Below are positions 24,721-39,395 of a stretch of 64,000 bases of DNA, one piece after another. Location of the stretch: positions 15,810,001 through 15,874,000 of the forward strand of contig NC_087436.1 of the NCBI RefSeq assembly GCF_036321535.1, written 5' to 3'. The notes beneath the pieces are model-generated. The model did not search any database and was not told the DNA's origin. It saw nothing but the letters and a program-made list of their open reading frames with translations. Source of the DNA: Camelus dromedarius. Lineage: Eukaryota. Position numbers and translations under genes: made by a program. Position 1 is the first letter of the stretch. Every line of letters starts with the position of its first letter.

Positions 24721-25959
24721 ATTAGTGTTTCTTAGAATGGCAACCCGTCTAGGAATACAACACACCTGTCTCTAGTTGAGGTAGTGTTCGCTTCCCTAAG
24801 CAGGTATTTGTAGCTTAGGCACAGCTTTCCCCAATGTAAGGGAAAATCATTGGTCCTGCTAAATAAGAGTGGTGAAACCTTGTTCAGATTTCACTTATTT
24901 ACCATTCAAACAGCTTTTTAAAAACTGCTTAAAAAACGCCTTAAAAGTAAAAAAAAATTTTTTTAGGTTATTCAGTCAGGTTTTTCACTCAGAATGTGGA
25001 TGCAGAAAATTGATTATAAACCTGTGTTTTTTTTTTACAGTCAATATGTTGGATTAAAATTTATAAAATTGTGAAAAGTAGGATACAGACAAAAGAATAT
25101 GTAACGTATATGTAATGAACTATTACAACAATATAAGCCCTGTGAAACTTCCATGTAATTTAAAGAGCTGGCATTATTACTGGTATCACTGAATCCTCCT
25201 GTGTGCTCCTCCTTAGCCTTTCCTCACTGGATTTTCCGTTAGTAAGTTTAAACTATTCACAGCTGTCATAACTTTTTCCTGTTTTTCAGGCATTTTATTA
25301 AAATAGGTTATATTATTCTACTGAGTCTTTCTGATTCTGATTACATATTAGTTACTTTAAATGATAGTTTGTACTGTTAAAATTAAACAACCTCCCCTCC
25401 CCAAGAGTTGTCCAAATAGTGACTGGTAGAGCCGTATAACTTCAGAGGTCTTTACAAAGTGTTGCCCCTAACTTTGCTAATGTAGCTTGACCTTAACACT
25501 GTTGTTAAAAATTTCTTTGGAATTTACCACCCTTGTAATTTCCTTTGCAAATCTGTTTTATAGAGAAGTTTTAATTAATAGTACACCTGTGTATTCAAGT
25601 GTTTCAAACTTTTGGTCAACCTTTACAGTTTTCTTGTTGCAGTTTAAAACCATTTTATTTTTTCTCCATCTGTATGTTGAAGTAATTTGTCATACTTTTA
25701 GACCCAGAATAATTAATGTATTGGGTTGTTTTCAGGAAGTTGCTTCTGAGTTTAAGGCTCCCACCAGGTATTTACAGGCAATGAATGAGACTTAATTCAA
25801 GAATAGTGTTTCCCATGGGCTGGTGTCAAATACATGTTTTCATAAAATTTTTTCTTTAAAAATAACTATTATTTTAATTGAAATATTAAAGCTTAGAAGA
25901 TGGAATATAATTTTTCATTACTCATTATATGGCATTTGATACAGGTTCTGCTAGATATT

Positions 25960-26210
25960 AATGGTGCAAACTCTTAATACCTACAGGAGCTGAGCAGATC
26001 ACACAAAGGCGTCGTCTGTATTGACTGTGTACAAAAAGTATACTTGTAGGGGCAGCTGCTGTTCCATTTTAGCTGGTTGTTGTCCTGTAGTGACATGGGC
26101 CCAGTGATGTCGTACCTTTTGATTTTTCAGGAAGAATTAGAAGTCTAGATTTTTAAAAAATAAAATTTTAAATGTCAAAGTATTAAAAAATACTGTTTGG
26201 GACACACAGA
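25960..26210. mobile_element. Old hAT remnant (MER45-like)
   Basis: gggcccagtg...tgatttttcaggaagaa...gattttt motif. Confidence 0.45.
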
Positions 26211-26369
26211 ATTGCAGGTAGTTTCTTTTTAAGCTTTTATATGAAAGGTACTCATCATGTTTCTATTTTAATGTATCTAGAATTATTTCCTCCTTAATAC
26301 TTGACATCATAAATAAATTCCTGAGTAATTTATTCTAGAAACATGCTTGTTAATGGGCTCCCCCCCCCA

Positions 26370-26865
26370 TCAGTTTGTGTGTCATTCTATAATAGAAAAC
26401 TCAAACTGGTTTAAACACAATGAAAAGGATTTTTAGGCTCATTTATCTGGAAGTCCAAAGGTAGGGCAAGATTTACAGTAACAATAACATTAAAGACCAG
26501 TTTCTTTCTGTTGCTTTTCTTCTCTCTGTGATGTCAGCTTCCATCTGTTGCTGTTCCCCTCATGGTTGTATGATGGCCGCCACCGCAGTTGGGTCCCTGT
26601 GTATTCTTGTTCACATCTCTTGGGAGAGAGAGTCTCTCTGTCCTAGCCTTCCAGACAAGAGTCTTGATCAGTCCACTGCACTCTTGACTGTGGCCATTGA
26701 AATGTGCTGATTGGCTTAAGCAAATCAGGACCAGCTCCTCTACCTGAGGATGGGGTCAGTTTCCTCTAAAGAACTTGGGCTATGTGGGGACGAGTGAATA
26801 CACAGACATCTGTAGGAAGTTCGAAGGGTGCATGAATGCTGGATAGGCCACCAGTGATGTCCACT
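26370..26865 (-). mobile_element. Old MLT1-family LTR
   Basis: agaaaactcaaactggtttaaac and catggttgtatgatggccgc motifs. Confidence 0.6.
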
Positions 26866-27269
26866 ATTCTTTTTTCAAATGCATAATAATACTCATGTTA
26901 GAGATGTTTGTGTAAAGAGAAAAAAAAAATCATTATCTTAACTCTCTTTTGTGCTCTTGAGCAATTTTTTTTAACCTCTTTGTGCCTTGCTTTCCCTAGC
27001 TGTACAATGGGGAAACTACATTGTAGCAAAGATTAAATGAGTAAATACTTGTAAAGCATCCAGGAATAATGTGTGGCACATTAAGTGCTTTTATAACTAT
27101 TTGCTATTATTGTAGTATTTGTAATTTTACATAGTTACAATCATCATATTCCAACCTATTAATTTTTTTGTTTCTATATGGCCATTATTAGCTGTAATGG
27201 CTCTTTAATATAGTATGTCAGTCTTACTTTGGAATTTATTTAATACCTTTTATCATTTTTAGAGATCAC

Positions 27270-27880
27270 TTTTTAATTGAAGTAGAGGTGACTTGTTTTT
27301 TAAACATCTTTTTTGAGGTCTAATTTACATACCATGAAATCCTCTTATTTTAAGTATACAATTCATTGATTTTTGTAAGTTTCCAGAGTTGTGTAATCAT
27401 TACCACAATCTAATTTTAGAACATTTACATCCTGTGTTCAAGACATTTTATAGTTTTAGCTCTTACATTTAGGTCTATGATCTATTTTGAGTTAATTTTT
27501 GTATGATGTGAAAGAAGGGTAAGACAAGGGTTTAAATTCATCTTTTTGTACATGTATATCCAACTGTCTCACTGCCATTTGTTGAAATGGCTATTCTTTC
27601 CCATTAAATTGCCTTGGCATCTTTGCCAGATATCAGTTGACCATAAGTGTAAGGATTTATTTGGACTCTTGATTCTTTTCTGTTGATTTATATGTAAATT
27701 CTTCTATCAGTATCAAGCTGTCTTGATTTTTGTAGCATTGTAGTAAGTTTTGAAATAGGGATGTATAACCTCTTTGTTTTTCTTTTTCAAGATTGTTGGC
27801 TATTCTAGGTCCTTTGCATTTCCATGTGAATTGTAGGATGAGCTTGCCAGTTTCTCTTTCTGTTTCTTTCATTAATGTTT
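27270..27880 (-). mobile_element. L1 fragments (3' end and ORF2 piece)
   Basis: ORF 27657..27872 KLILQFTWKCKGPRIA is ORF2-like. Confidence 0.8.
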
Positions 27881-28410
27881 TGTAGTTTTGAATATATGAG
27901 GAGATGAATTATTTTTGGGTAAATGCTTTTTTTTTTGCTGCTATTAAAGTGTTTCTGTAGGCATTTTTGTGTATTGAAATGTCCAGAAGAGGATAAATGT
28001 TTTAAAGTATATAAGTATTTATATAGCTCATGAGTAGATATTGTTAGCTTGTTTATTAATGTAGAAAATTAAAAGACATTTGGGTGAATTGGTGCATTAT
28101 AATAATAACTTCATATTTCTTAGAAGTGATAGAATTGATAACTTTGGCTTCTGCAGGTATGCAGTCTTGTTTCCGTTTGAATAAATAGGTCCATGTTAAA
28201 TAGGTTGAGAACTGAAAAATCTGAAATTTTTTCTGATTGTGAATTCACAGAAAGGGAAACTAAGTAAGCTTTTTGTTGCTCATACTGACCTACCTGAACT
28301 GATCAAATATGTTTAATTTTTATATTATAAAGTATTCCTTTTCATGTATAGACTCTACAATATTTGTAATAGTTTTTGTGCTTGAAAGAAAAATGTCCAG
28401 AATACATTCT

Positions 28411-28502
28411 TCATTAATTTCTGCTTGGAGGAGGTACTGGGGATTGAACCCCTGACCTCTTGGGTGCTGAGCATGTGCTCTGCCCCTTGAGCTACCCTTC
28501 CC
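28411..28502 (-). mobile_element. tRNA-Ala-derived SINE (short form)
   Basis: Reverse head; TSD ccagaatacattct/ccaggatacattat. Confidence 0.88.
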
Positions 28503-28606
28503 CCAGGATACATTATTGTTTTATAGTACATACTTAGATAAGCAATAATTTATCTTTGTACCTCCAGAACTTTTCACAGTGCTTGTCAGTACTTTAAAAG
28601 TGTTCG

Positions 28607-28635
28607 TTAAATTAAATTAAATTAAATTAAATTAA
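28607..28635. repeat. (TTAAA)5+ tandem repeat
   Basis: Read directly. Confidence 0.9.
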
Positions 28636-28729
28636 TCTCTTCATTAAATAAATTATATTCATTAGGAAACCTAGTAGCTATTGTTCTCTTGTGCAAAAGG
28701 TATGTTGTTAAAATCTTAACACGTATTTC

Positions 28730-29395
28730 TTTTCTTTTTTTTTTTTTAATTGAAGTATAGTTGATTTACAATGTTATTAGTTTCAGGTGTACATCAAAGT
28801 GAATCAGTTACACATATATATGTTCTTTTTCAGATTCTTTTCCATTACAGGTTATTATAAGATACTGAATATAGTTCCCTGTGCTATACAGTAAATCCTT
28901 GTTTATCTATTTTATATACAGTAGTGTGTATATAAGCCTAAACTTTTTTTCCCACGCTTTTTTTTTTTAAATTGAAGTATAGTTAGTTTACAGTGTTGTG
29001 TCAATTTCTGGTGTACAGCATGTTTCAGTCATACATATACATACATCTTCATATTCTTTTTCATTATAGGTTACTACAAAATATTGAATATAGTTCCCTG
29101 TACTGTACAGTATAAACTTCTTGTTTATTTATTTTATACATAGTAGTTAGTATCTGCAAATCTCAAACTCCCAGTTTATCCCTTTCCACCTCCTTTCCCC
29201 ACTGGTAACCATTAAGTTTGTTTTCTATGTCTTTGAGTCTGTGTTTTGTAAATATGTTCATTTACGTCCTCTTTTTTTTTTTTTAAAGATTCCACATATG
29301 AGTGATATCATATGGTATTTTTCTTTCTCTTTCTGGCTTCACTTAAAGTGATGATCTCTAGGTCCATCCATGTTGCTGTGAATGGCATTATTTTC
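28730..29395 (-). mobile_element. Two tandem L1 3' ends (about 28730-28935 and 28958-29395)
   Basis: Two poly-T plus attgaagtatagtt starts, each followed by gaatatagttccctgt. Confidence 0.9.
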
Positions 29396-31565
29396 CTTTT
29401 ATTGTTTTCTATTTCTTATGAAGATGCTTGTCAGGTGACTTGCATTTTTCATTGTATAATTTAAAATTCCCTTAGTATCTGTTTTGCCTTTAATAAGAGC
29501 AGTTTCATTATTTTCAAAGTAGACTCTTATAACGTGCTTTTTAAGTAGTTTTTACCTTTTACTCTAGTTTTATTTCATTAGCTCTCATTTAATGGAATTA
29601 TATACTCAGAAACCTATCAGTGAGTCTTCGGTTTAAAAGCTGTTGAGACAAAATATGAAGTGAAAAACAAAATAAAAGAAGGAAATGGTACAAAGAAATA
29701 CACTGTTGAGAGTACACAAATTCTTTGTTTTTGACTAAACTAATTTCATAAAACATTCCTAGTTTTAGATTCTAAAGCTTTTTTGTGTACGTATATCTGT
29801 TTTGATTCCTCAAAGATTTAATTGGATTTGTCTTAGAATAATATATGTGATTAAAACGTGCTTTATAAAGTAAAGAATTTCTTGTTACTAGATGTTTTAG
29901 AAGATTGCATGTTGGGGATTTTATAGAGTGGATTCTTAATTTGGGTAGGAAGTTAGACACCAAATTACTTTTAAACTTATGTAACGATCTGATGTTTAAG
30001 CTATGAGCTTCGTTGTCTCTGTTGCACCTGGATTTTTGCATTTATTTCTCAGACTGATCTCATCAGTCTTTTAGTAATTTAGTTTTAGAGAGAAGTGCGG
30101 GGCCGTATTTTCTCTGTAAATTCTTACAGAAAGATGAAAAACTGATGAGGTCTCAATTATTTACCTTTTGTTAGAGATAAATCTGTTGCCTGAGCTGAAA
30201 AAGATTTTCTCCTTGCCTAATAAGATCTTTGTTCATGATTAATGACTTCAGTGGTGTGGTATTTTTATTTATAAAGTACATTAAATCTCTTATAGCTATG
30301 GCCCCTGATGAGGTATTTTGTTGTTTCTAGTGAAAAGACTTTTCTCATAAGTAATATAAATATATTATCTTAAATCCTATATATATTACCTAATTGAAGC
30401 CAATCTTTATCATTTTTGGTCTTCACTATCATGAGTAAAAATAATCATTTATCTCAGAGCTTATACATACATTTATAAAACTTTTTAACACAAAGCATTT
30501 TTTAAGTGTTGATTTAATGTTAATACATTAAACTTGAAAAGTTAATCCTTATAGTAATATGGTAATCAGTTTCAGTGGGACAGCAACAGACCTTTTCTAG
30601 AGTCAGTAGGCGCCAGTGAGGCTCATTGGTATCTAAAATGGAGAAAGTATTATTAAAGAAAATTATATAAAGATATTATAAAATTATTGTTAACACTATC
30701 ACGAAATCATTTTCTTAGATCATACTATTGTGAGATTAATAGGTATAAAGCAGACCCCAAATCCAAAGCATTTCAGAATAATTTTCCTTACTGTAGATGA
30801 CTTTCTTGTCAGTGGATGGGCGAGGCACTGCCTGTGACCAGAAGTGTGAGTGGGTTATTTTGATAGTTTACTAAAACATTTGGTGAACTTATGGTTCTTA
30901 ATTGTTTTTCAAGCTTTTGGGGGGTAAGTTGTAATTTTCAGTAATGGTGAGATGATCTGTGGCTCTTGAGGTAGGGATAAAATGTATTGATAATTTGTGT
31001 GCTTTTGAGGGAAGTTAATTAATTATTTTTGAGTTATAATAGATCATAGCATTAGCTAAGATTTATGGAGTGTGCAGGTTCTGTTTGACATGTTTATTAA
31101 TCCAGTTTACTTCTCACAATTGTCACAATCAGATAGGTGTAGGTGTTTCTGCCAAAATGTCTTGTGTTCATCAACAGTGGACTAAAAATAACAGGGCTTA
31201 TGGGGGTAAAAATAGGGTTGAGGTGGGCCATTCAAAACCTCTGGAATTTTGTAACTGGAATACTAGCAAAATCAATAATAACCTTAATGAAAATACTAGC
31301 GAGGTTACCTCTCTACTGATGTTTTTGCCTTTGAATCACAGTCACTTGTGGTATTAACCCTGGAAACTTATGCTTCTATCTTTGAGATGTAGGTCTGGTT
31401 TCTTTAGCTTCTGACAGAGAAAATTTTTATTGGTACTAAAAAATCTGATCCAAGGTGTAGCTTTCTTCATTAATTCATTGCTTTAAATCAGGGGGAAATG
31501 CCTTTGCATTTCTTCATCTGTACTTGCAGATTGTCAGATACTTAATGTTGTGGAAAAAGCATAGA

Positions 31566-31783
31566 CACTTGAATCTTGTACAGCATGGGTTTGAACTGTG
31601 TGAATCCACGTATGTGTGGATTTTTTTCAGTAGCAAATACTACAGTATTCTGTGATCCATGTTGGTTGAATCCCAGGATATGGGGGAAGCTTGTATCTGG
31701 AGGGCTGACTATAAGTTATAGGTGGATTTGGGATTGTGTGGAGGGTTGGCCCCCTAATCCCTGTGTTGTTCAAGGGTCAGCTG
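31566..31783. mobile_element. Tigger2a-like MITE
   Basis: Degenerate TIRs cacttgaatcttgtacagca / tgttgttcaagggtcagctg, with TA on the right flank. Confidence 0.85.
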
Positions 31784-34199
31784 TAGTTCTTGCAATCATT
31801 AAACCAGGCAGTGTTTGCATTAAAAGAAAGTAGTTCTGTAAATTTTCAGGTTGTTTTAAGATCTTTATATATTGCTAAGTATTTCTCTTTAATTCTGTTG
31901 GAAGAAATTACACACGGACCAACCTCACTTCTACACTATACCTACATTATTCTACTCTTTAACAATCCTGTGGAAAGTGATTCAAGGCAAAGATGTAAGT
32001 TATGGCAGATTGGACTGTACTGTTGCAATATTCACTTTATAAATGATGAGAGAGGATAAGTAATTTACTCAAGTCGTATTGAGCAAGTAATATTGCTGAG
32101 ATTCAGACTCGGGAAATCTACAAACTGAGCTCTTAACCGCTAACCCATATATAATGTATAATTGCAGAGAACCTTAAATGTGAAATAGTGGCTTAAGGCA
32201 TCTTTCAGTCATGTGATAGAACAGTGAGTCTGGAAGGGTATCTAGACTGTTTAAAACTTGCCTAACATAGTCAAGATTTGGCTTGCGGCAGGTAGAGTTT
32301 GTTTGTTTTCCTTTTTAAATAACCTAAAATGTGTACTAGGAAAAGGGGTTTTTTAAGGAATGTGATATTCAAATTGGATGGAATTAATGACAGTTAATCA
32401 TTATGCAGGGTGCTGGTGTTTGCTTTTTACTCTCAGTCCAGATTTAGTTGACTTAGCTTGCATGATCGAAATGACCTTGAATGTTGTTGATCGTATAAAA
32501 AAGTGGAATTTTAATCATCTTTTTTTGTCTTTTATATACTAACCATATTGAGCACATTAATAGGAAAGGATGACGCTCTTGTTAATCAGTTATGGAAGAG
32601 AATACCAGATGTTGTCTTCAGTATTTGTCAAGATGCATTAATGGGCTTCTAGTATTCAAATGACCTTCCCTTGAAGTCGGTTTGCTTCCATGATGAATTT
32701 ACTGGGTAAAGTTACCAAATTTCAGAGACAAGGTTACTCTTTTTTCCTGTAGATTAGGGTGTGAATTTAACGGGGGATTAACATTTAAATTTTCAAGTAA
32801 GATGTCAAAGTCAAAGAATCACTATGAATAATATTTTAAAGTGGGACATTTTTACATATTGCTGTTTTATCTAGACTTACCCCTTTTATGAAACAAGTAA
32901 ACATCTATTTCCAGTGAGATTGATCCATTCATTCTTTCAATGAATATTTATGGAGCAGAGATGGGGTTCAAGTATGGTGCTGGGAATAAAACAATGAACA
33001 AGGCAAATATGGACCTTACCTATATGGAGCTTACAGTGTAAGTTCTTTAGCCCCTGGGCACCACATTTCTTCAGTTATTCTTGTGTCCTTCAATTTATTT
33101 AGATTTATTTTCTGATATTTCACCAGTACACCCTGCTCTTATTTTTGTCTGTTGATATGCTGAGAAAGTAGAAGGTTAATCATTGTTGTGACTTTTATAT
33201 ACTGACCACATTGATTACATTAATAGGAGAGGATGGTGCTGTTGTAAATTTTTCACAAGGAATTCTTTATCTTCTCCCCTCTTATCTATCTAAACCATCT
33301 AGGAGGACTAATGCCAATACGTAAGTGAAATACAGTGCATTATTAGCTTTTTCTTCTATACTTTCACCTTATCTGGAATGAGGTGATAGGTGCCATGTAG
33401 ATGAATTATTACTGTACTTTCTTTTTTTTTTTGCCAATACATTTCTATTTTGACCTTTTTCAGTAGAACTAAATTTCCTGTTTTCTTTTTTGCTGTATTG
33501 AACAGAGCATATTGACTGTGATATGGTCTTAAATAACCTTCAGTCATTAATTTGAACGCTCCTGTTTGGGATATGTTTTGGAATACTGAATATTTCTGTA
33601 ATCCTTTCCGTCCTCTGCATCTCTAGTACCACTAACCTAGTTCAAGTACTCGTCATTTTTGCCTAAATAATTATGATAACTTCCTGTTCCTATTTCTCTA
33701 GTCTTTTCTCTTATCAAATACCCTCCACAACTGCTGGTGTGTTTTGTCTAAAGTGAAAATCTGACCATTTGGTTTTTCTTCCAAAATCCTTCTATAGTTT
33801 TCTATTCTCTTCTGGAAAAAGGCAAGTTCTTTACTATGACATATAAGTAATTTGGATCTTGGCTTATCTCTTGCCATTCTCTGCCTTAAACTTCATTTGT
33901 ATAATATTGAGCTTTCATTGCCCTTGAAAGGAAAAGAAAATATGATGAACCATGTGTAATAGGGCCAGAGCTTCTGCTCAGAGTGACAAGTCACTTCGTT
34001 CACATTTCATTGACTTAAGGACATCACACCTCCATGCTTGAGTTTACCATACCATGTGTGAGTTTCACAAGGTTGGTGTATATATAATCTTTTTGCTTGG
34101 AGGGGCACTGAATACTGGAGAACAAGGAAGATTGTATTTCTTCGTAGTTCTTAGATTTCCCAATATGTTTACTAAATGGTTGGCTCCAAGTATATCTTA

Positions 34200-36100
34200 C
34201 ATCTCACTATTTCTCGGTTTTACTTCGCTCTGAAGTGTATTCTTTAGCAGTTCTTTTTAGTGAGGGTCTTTTAGTGGTAAACTCTGTATTTGTTTAAAAA
34301 TGTCCGTATTTTGCCCTTACTCTTGAATATTGTTTTGCTCATTGCAGGATTCTAGTTGTCAGTCTCTTACTATTTTGAAGATACTATTCTGTTCTCCTCT
34401 AGTCTCTTTTATTGTTGTTGAAATTGTCACTGTTATCATTCTAAATTAACTTTACAGATAATCTGACTCTGTGGTTGCTTTCAAGTTTTTTCTTTGACTT
34501 TGGAGCCGATAGTTTCACCATAACTTGTCTAGAGGTGGTTGTGCTTTCTGAGTCTGAGGATTCATGTTTTTCATTAGTTCTGGAGAATTCTCATGAATAA
34601 TGCCTTTTCTTCATTTTACCTATTTGTATCTTGGGACTTAGAATACATGACATACTGGTTTTCTTCTTTCTATCCTTCGTGTCTCTTAATCTTTCATATT
34701 TTCAGTCTTTCCTTTGATTCTTGTTTTTTCTTCTGAGTTGTTCATCTCATCTAAGCTATAGTCTAACCTCTTGAGTTTTTAATTTTAGTGACTGTATTTT
34801 TAGAATTTCTTCAAATCTGTATAGTCCTTGTTTTAAGGATAGAATCTTCTATTTTTTACTGCCTTGTTTCTTTTATATTTTTAGTTATTAAAATATACTG
34901 CTTTTGTTTTCTAATATTTAAGTTATTGTCTAATACTTATATCATCTACTTGTGGGGGGTTGTTTATAAGGTTGTTTTGTAATATTGGATTGTGACCTAA
35001 TATTTAGTTGGATTTTTTTCGTGGGAATCCTATCTAGATTAGTTTGTGGAATTTTTTTTAAAAATTTTTATTTATTTTTTATTGAAGTACAGTCAGTTAC
35101 AATGTGTCACCTTCTGGTGTACAGCCCAATGTTCCAGTCATGCATATACATACATATATTTGTTTCCATATTCTTTTTCATTAAAGGTTATTATAAGATA
35201 CTGAATATAGTTCCCTGATCTGTACAGAAGACACCTTTTTTTTTTGGTGGAAGTTTAGTATCTTTCTGGACTTCTCTCTTTGCCCTCTCATAACACTTCT
35301 TAATCCTCTTCCCTGATTTTTTAAAAATAGATTTATCCTCTAATATACAACTCAATGTACTTTATGTATACCAGTTTACCTCCGTTATTTCTTCCGTAAG
35401 AGTAGAGATTTTCTGTTACTTTTATCCATTGCATCTGTAGCACGTACAAGAGTACTTACATGTAACAGGTGCTTAAGAAATGTTTATTACCTGAAATACT
35501 GGCTTTATTTACCAGTGGCCTCAGGAATATGTTGTACCTGGGATCATTAAAAAAAAAAAATCAGCCTGAGGTTTCTCGTTCATGCCAGTAGTGTAAATTT
35601 GAACTCCCAACTTATGTAAAGAGCATTCCAGGATTTTATTTTTTCAGAGGAGACTTTTTTTTTAAAAGATAAGTAGCCCAGTCAGAGACTGGTTATTTGG
35701 AATTTCCCTGTGCCAGTGGAAGGATTTTTTTTTCTTTTGGCAGGGCAGGTTGTGGGGAGGATCTGTTTTTTTACCTTTGAGAGTCCCATATTTTCATGGA
35801 GATTTCATTCTTTAAGTAGGCACCATACTTTATTTTGTATTTCTACATAGGCATTGAAATTCAAGTCTCTAGGTTGCTAGCTTCTCTTCCTGAAACCCTT
35901 CAGCAGTTGTAATAGCAGTTCAAATGTATTGTTTTCCTGTTTGTTCTTCATTTTTGTCTCTTGGAGTTGGCCTTTCTTGCAAGTTAAACTCTACATTGAA
36001 AGTGTTTTTTTTTTTGTTGTTGTTGTTATATTTACCTAGTATTTGTAGATGTTTGTGAAGTGATAGTTTTTAGGTCGTCTTAGTCCACTCACTGTCTTCC
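34200..36100 (-). mobile_element. Ancient L1 (L1M/L1ME-type 5'/ORF1 region) fragments with insertions
   Basis: gagggtcttttagtggtaaactct and ttctggagaattctca motifs; heavily decayed. Confidence 0.55.
35052..35240 (-). mobile_element. Young L1 3' tail
   Basis: attgaagtacagtcagttacaatgtgtc; flanks tttgtggaattt/ttggtggaagttt resemble a TSD. Confidence 0.88.
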
Positions 36101-36749
36101 TGGAACTTTGATTTATAACTATCATATATAACAAAGCACTTGGTATAAAATAGCCAGTGAATAAATTATAGTACCAATTTAGGCAACATTAGGCCATGTT
36201 ATTTCCTACCTAGCAATACATTGGAAGTTTATTACCTTAGATAATTCCAGAAAATGGAGTTCTACTGAGGGTCAATGAAGAAGTTGTAAGTAAAGAAAAT
36301 GTCATTTTTCTTCTTTCTCAAATCCTTAACATTTATATATGCAGGCAGATGAGCAGTTTTTAATCTTAGAAAGCAATCCTCTATTACCAAAACCAAATAT
36401 AGATTCATGGGAAATTTTATATATGGCAGGTAGTGTTTTAGATTTTGGTATTTAAGTGAGTTTTCTGAGCTTTTAGAATTGTAGAATATTGTGGGATGGT
36501 GAAAGGCAGCCAGTTTTTTTTCTTCCAACCCTTACCCACTTAAAGGAAACAACATATAACAATACACTACCATTCTTTGAATTTTAATTCTTTATATGTT
36601 CTTAATCATTTAGATGAAATGCTCGTAACATGCATAGAAATCTCTTTTGTACTGACAGGGAGCTTTGCAGTTTTACTATTTTTAGTATTTCATCTGCCCA
36701 GGGGTGTCTTTTGAAACAAACTCTCAGTAAGCAAGTCAAATGATGACCA

Positions 36750-37510
36750 TTTGTTTATTTTTTATTGAGATATAGTTTATTTACAGTACTATTTAAGTTT
36801 CAGGTGTACAACACAGTGATTCACACTTTTTAAAGATTATACTCCATTTAAAATTACTATAAAATATTTTCTGTATTTCCTATGTTGTACAATATATACT
36901 TGTGGCTTATTTTATACCTAATAGTTTGTACTTCTTAATCCCCTGCCCCATAATTCCCTTCTCCCTCCTCTCTCCCCAGTGGTTACCACTAGTTTGTTCT
37001 CTGTTATCTGTGAGTTTTCTTTTTTGTTATATTCAGTAGTTTGTTGTATTTTTAAGATTCCACATGTAAGTGATACCATACAGCATTTGTCTTTCTCTGA
37101 CTTATTTCACTAAGCATAATCTCTAGGTCCAACCATAGTATTGCACATGGAAAATTTTCATTCCTTTTTATGGCTGAGTAGTATTACATTGTATATGTAT
37201 ATACATATATACATACCACATCTTCTTTATCCATTCATCTGTTGAGGGACAGTATGGTTGCTTACCTGTCTTGGCCAGTGTGAATAATGCTGCCATGAAT
37301 ACTGGAGTACATGTATCTTTTTGAATTAGTGTTTTCATTTTCTTGGGATATATACCCAGGAGTGGAATTGCTGGATCATATGGTAGTTCTTTTTTAGTTT
37401 TTTTTGAGAAACCTCCATACTGTTTTCCATAGTGGCCACACCAATTTGCTTTCCCACTAACAGTGTTCAAGGGTTCACTTTTCTCTACATCCTCGCCAAC
37501 ATCTGTTAAT
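36750..37510 (-). mobile_element. L1 3' end
   Basis: ORF 37168..37470 [16 protein letters not shown]...DEWIKKMWY is the ORF2 C-terminus. Confidence 0.93.
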
Positions 37511-39395
37511 CTCTTAGGTACAACACGTAGATTGAGAAGATGGCTTTTGACTTAAAAATTTCAGGAGATATTTCTGTCTATGGGGACTGTTTTGTTGATT
37601 TATTTGTTTGAAACACTAAAGAAAATTATTCAGTTTAGCCAAGTTCAAAATTCAGGATAGCGTATTGTTCAAATTTTTTCTAGTTTATATCGTTAGACAT
37701 TAATTTTTTATTCTATGACACTAACTATGCATGCATGAACAGTTATATCAGATTATACAAGTGGTGCTTCAGAAGGAAAGATTGAAATTAATACTTCGTT
37801 CTGTGGTCCAGATGTAATGGGGCTTAACCTGGGTGTAAGTCAGGGTGTGACTGAGTCGGTAGATTACGTATTAGCCAACGTAAGTGGTTTTTATAAGTAT
37901 TATCTTACTTGATCCACACAACACTCTTTGAGGTAGTACTTTATTAAACTTGTTTTATAGCAAGAAAACAGGATTGGAGAGATTAAAAATGCTCCAGTCC
38001 CACAGTTAGTAAGATGGGATTAGGATCCAGGTTGTTTGAGTCTGAATCCTCCACACTGTATTATACTGTTTGACTATAAATTTAAGTTGGGTGCTCACAT
38101 TAGAATTGTAGAAATGGCCACTTAACTAAATTCCTCAAGAATTGTATTCATTGAAGAACGAGTTCATGATAATCAGAAACGTTGTTAAGAGTGATAAGCT
38201 TTGAGAGAATAAATGATTTAAAAACTTTATCATTGATTTAACTGTGCATATTTTATCTGATTCTTTAAATCAGTTTCCCTGTGTGTCAAGTGGTAGGTGC
38301 ATGGTAACTTGTATATGTTTAATATATCCACCATTCAATTTTCTTTTATTCTGATAACCAGGGGAAAAAATGAAATGACCAGCTTTTTAATATTAAGAGA
38401 TGAATTAGACATCTAAGTTGTGATTTATGAATATTGTTCTTAATCTGTATTACTTGTGTTTTTTTTCATGGTTTTGTTAGATAGTACCTTAGCCTGAGGG
38501 CAGAAATATGGAAGAAAAGAAAAAATAGTTATTTTGCTAATTACATGTTAGTATCTCTTGAAAAGATCTGGAAAAAGCTGAGCATCAAAAAGTTAGCATG
38601 AAAAATTTTGGCTTATGTTTGGGAATTTCATTTATTCTGAATTCTCATTGATACAGAATATAATGGTGACTTCACTTGGGAAATTTTTGAATACTGAGAG
38701 GGTGTCCTGATTAATAATTAATACTCAAGTTTGCAGTGTCCCCTACTTTGAAATGACAATTTTAATAGATCTTTTTCTTCTGTTCATCATTGTTGCTTCC
38801 AGATACTTATCTTCTGAATCACCTGGGGATACTTTTCCATTTTCCTCCTTTTGTACCTTGCTCACACAAGACCTAGATTTCTTTTTTGACACTGAAACTA
38901 CTGCTTAAGATGCTTCTCACTTCAAAGAAATGCAGTGTTTTCCTATTCCCTTCTGGACCTACTTGGAGTCTTCTAGAGCTTTGCTCTGGCTGCTATATTT
39001 GATATTGTAATGGGGAAGAAAAAATGACTGTTTCTATTATCGAAATTTTTCCAATGGAATCTATGGGATAATATCTAAAATTTATTGAGTGCTTCTGTGA
39101 CCTACTAAGCAGTACTCCTTTGTCCTTACTCTACTCTTGTTTACTCCATTCTGGATGCAGTGGCCCCTTCACTCTTGTTTTTCCCTCTGCCTAGAATAAT
39201 CTCCTCTTAGTTATCTAATTATATTATAAATATCAATAAATCATATACTATAAATATAAATTATAATTTTATATCTTGAACTTCTGTTTGGTTTTTTTTC
39301 ATATTCATATTTTTATAGTTCCTTTTCCCTGGTCACCTTTCTGATATCTCTTATTTTCTTAAACATTAACATTTTAATATTGTATATCTGATCAT

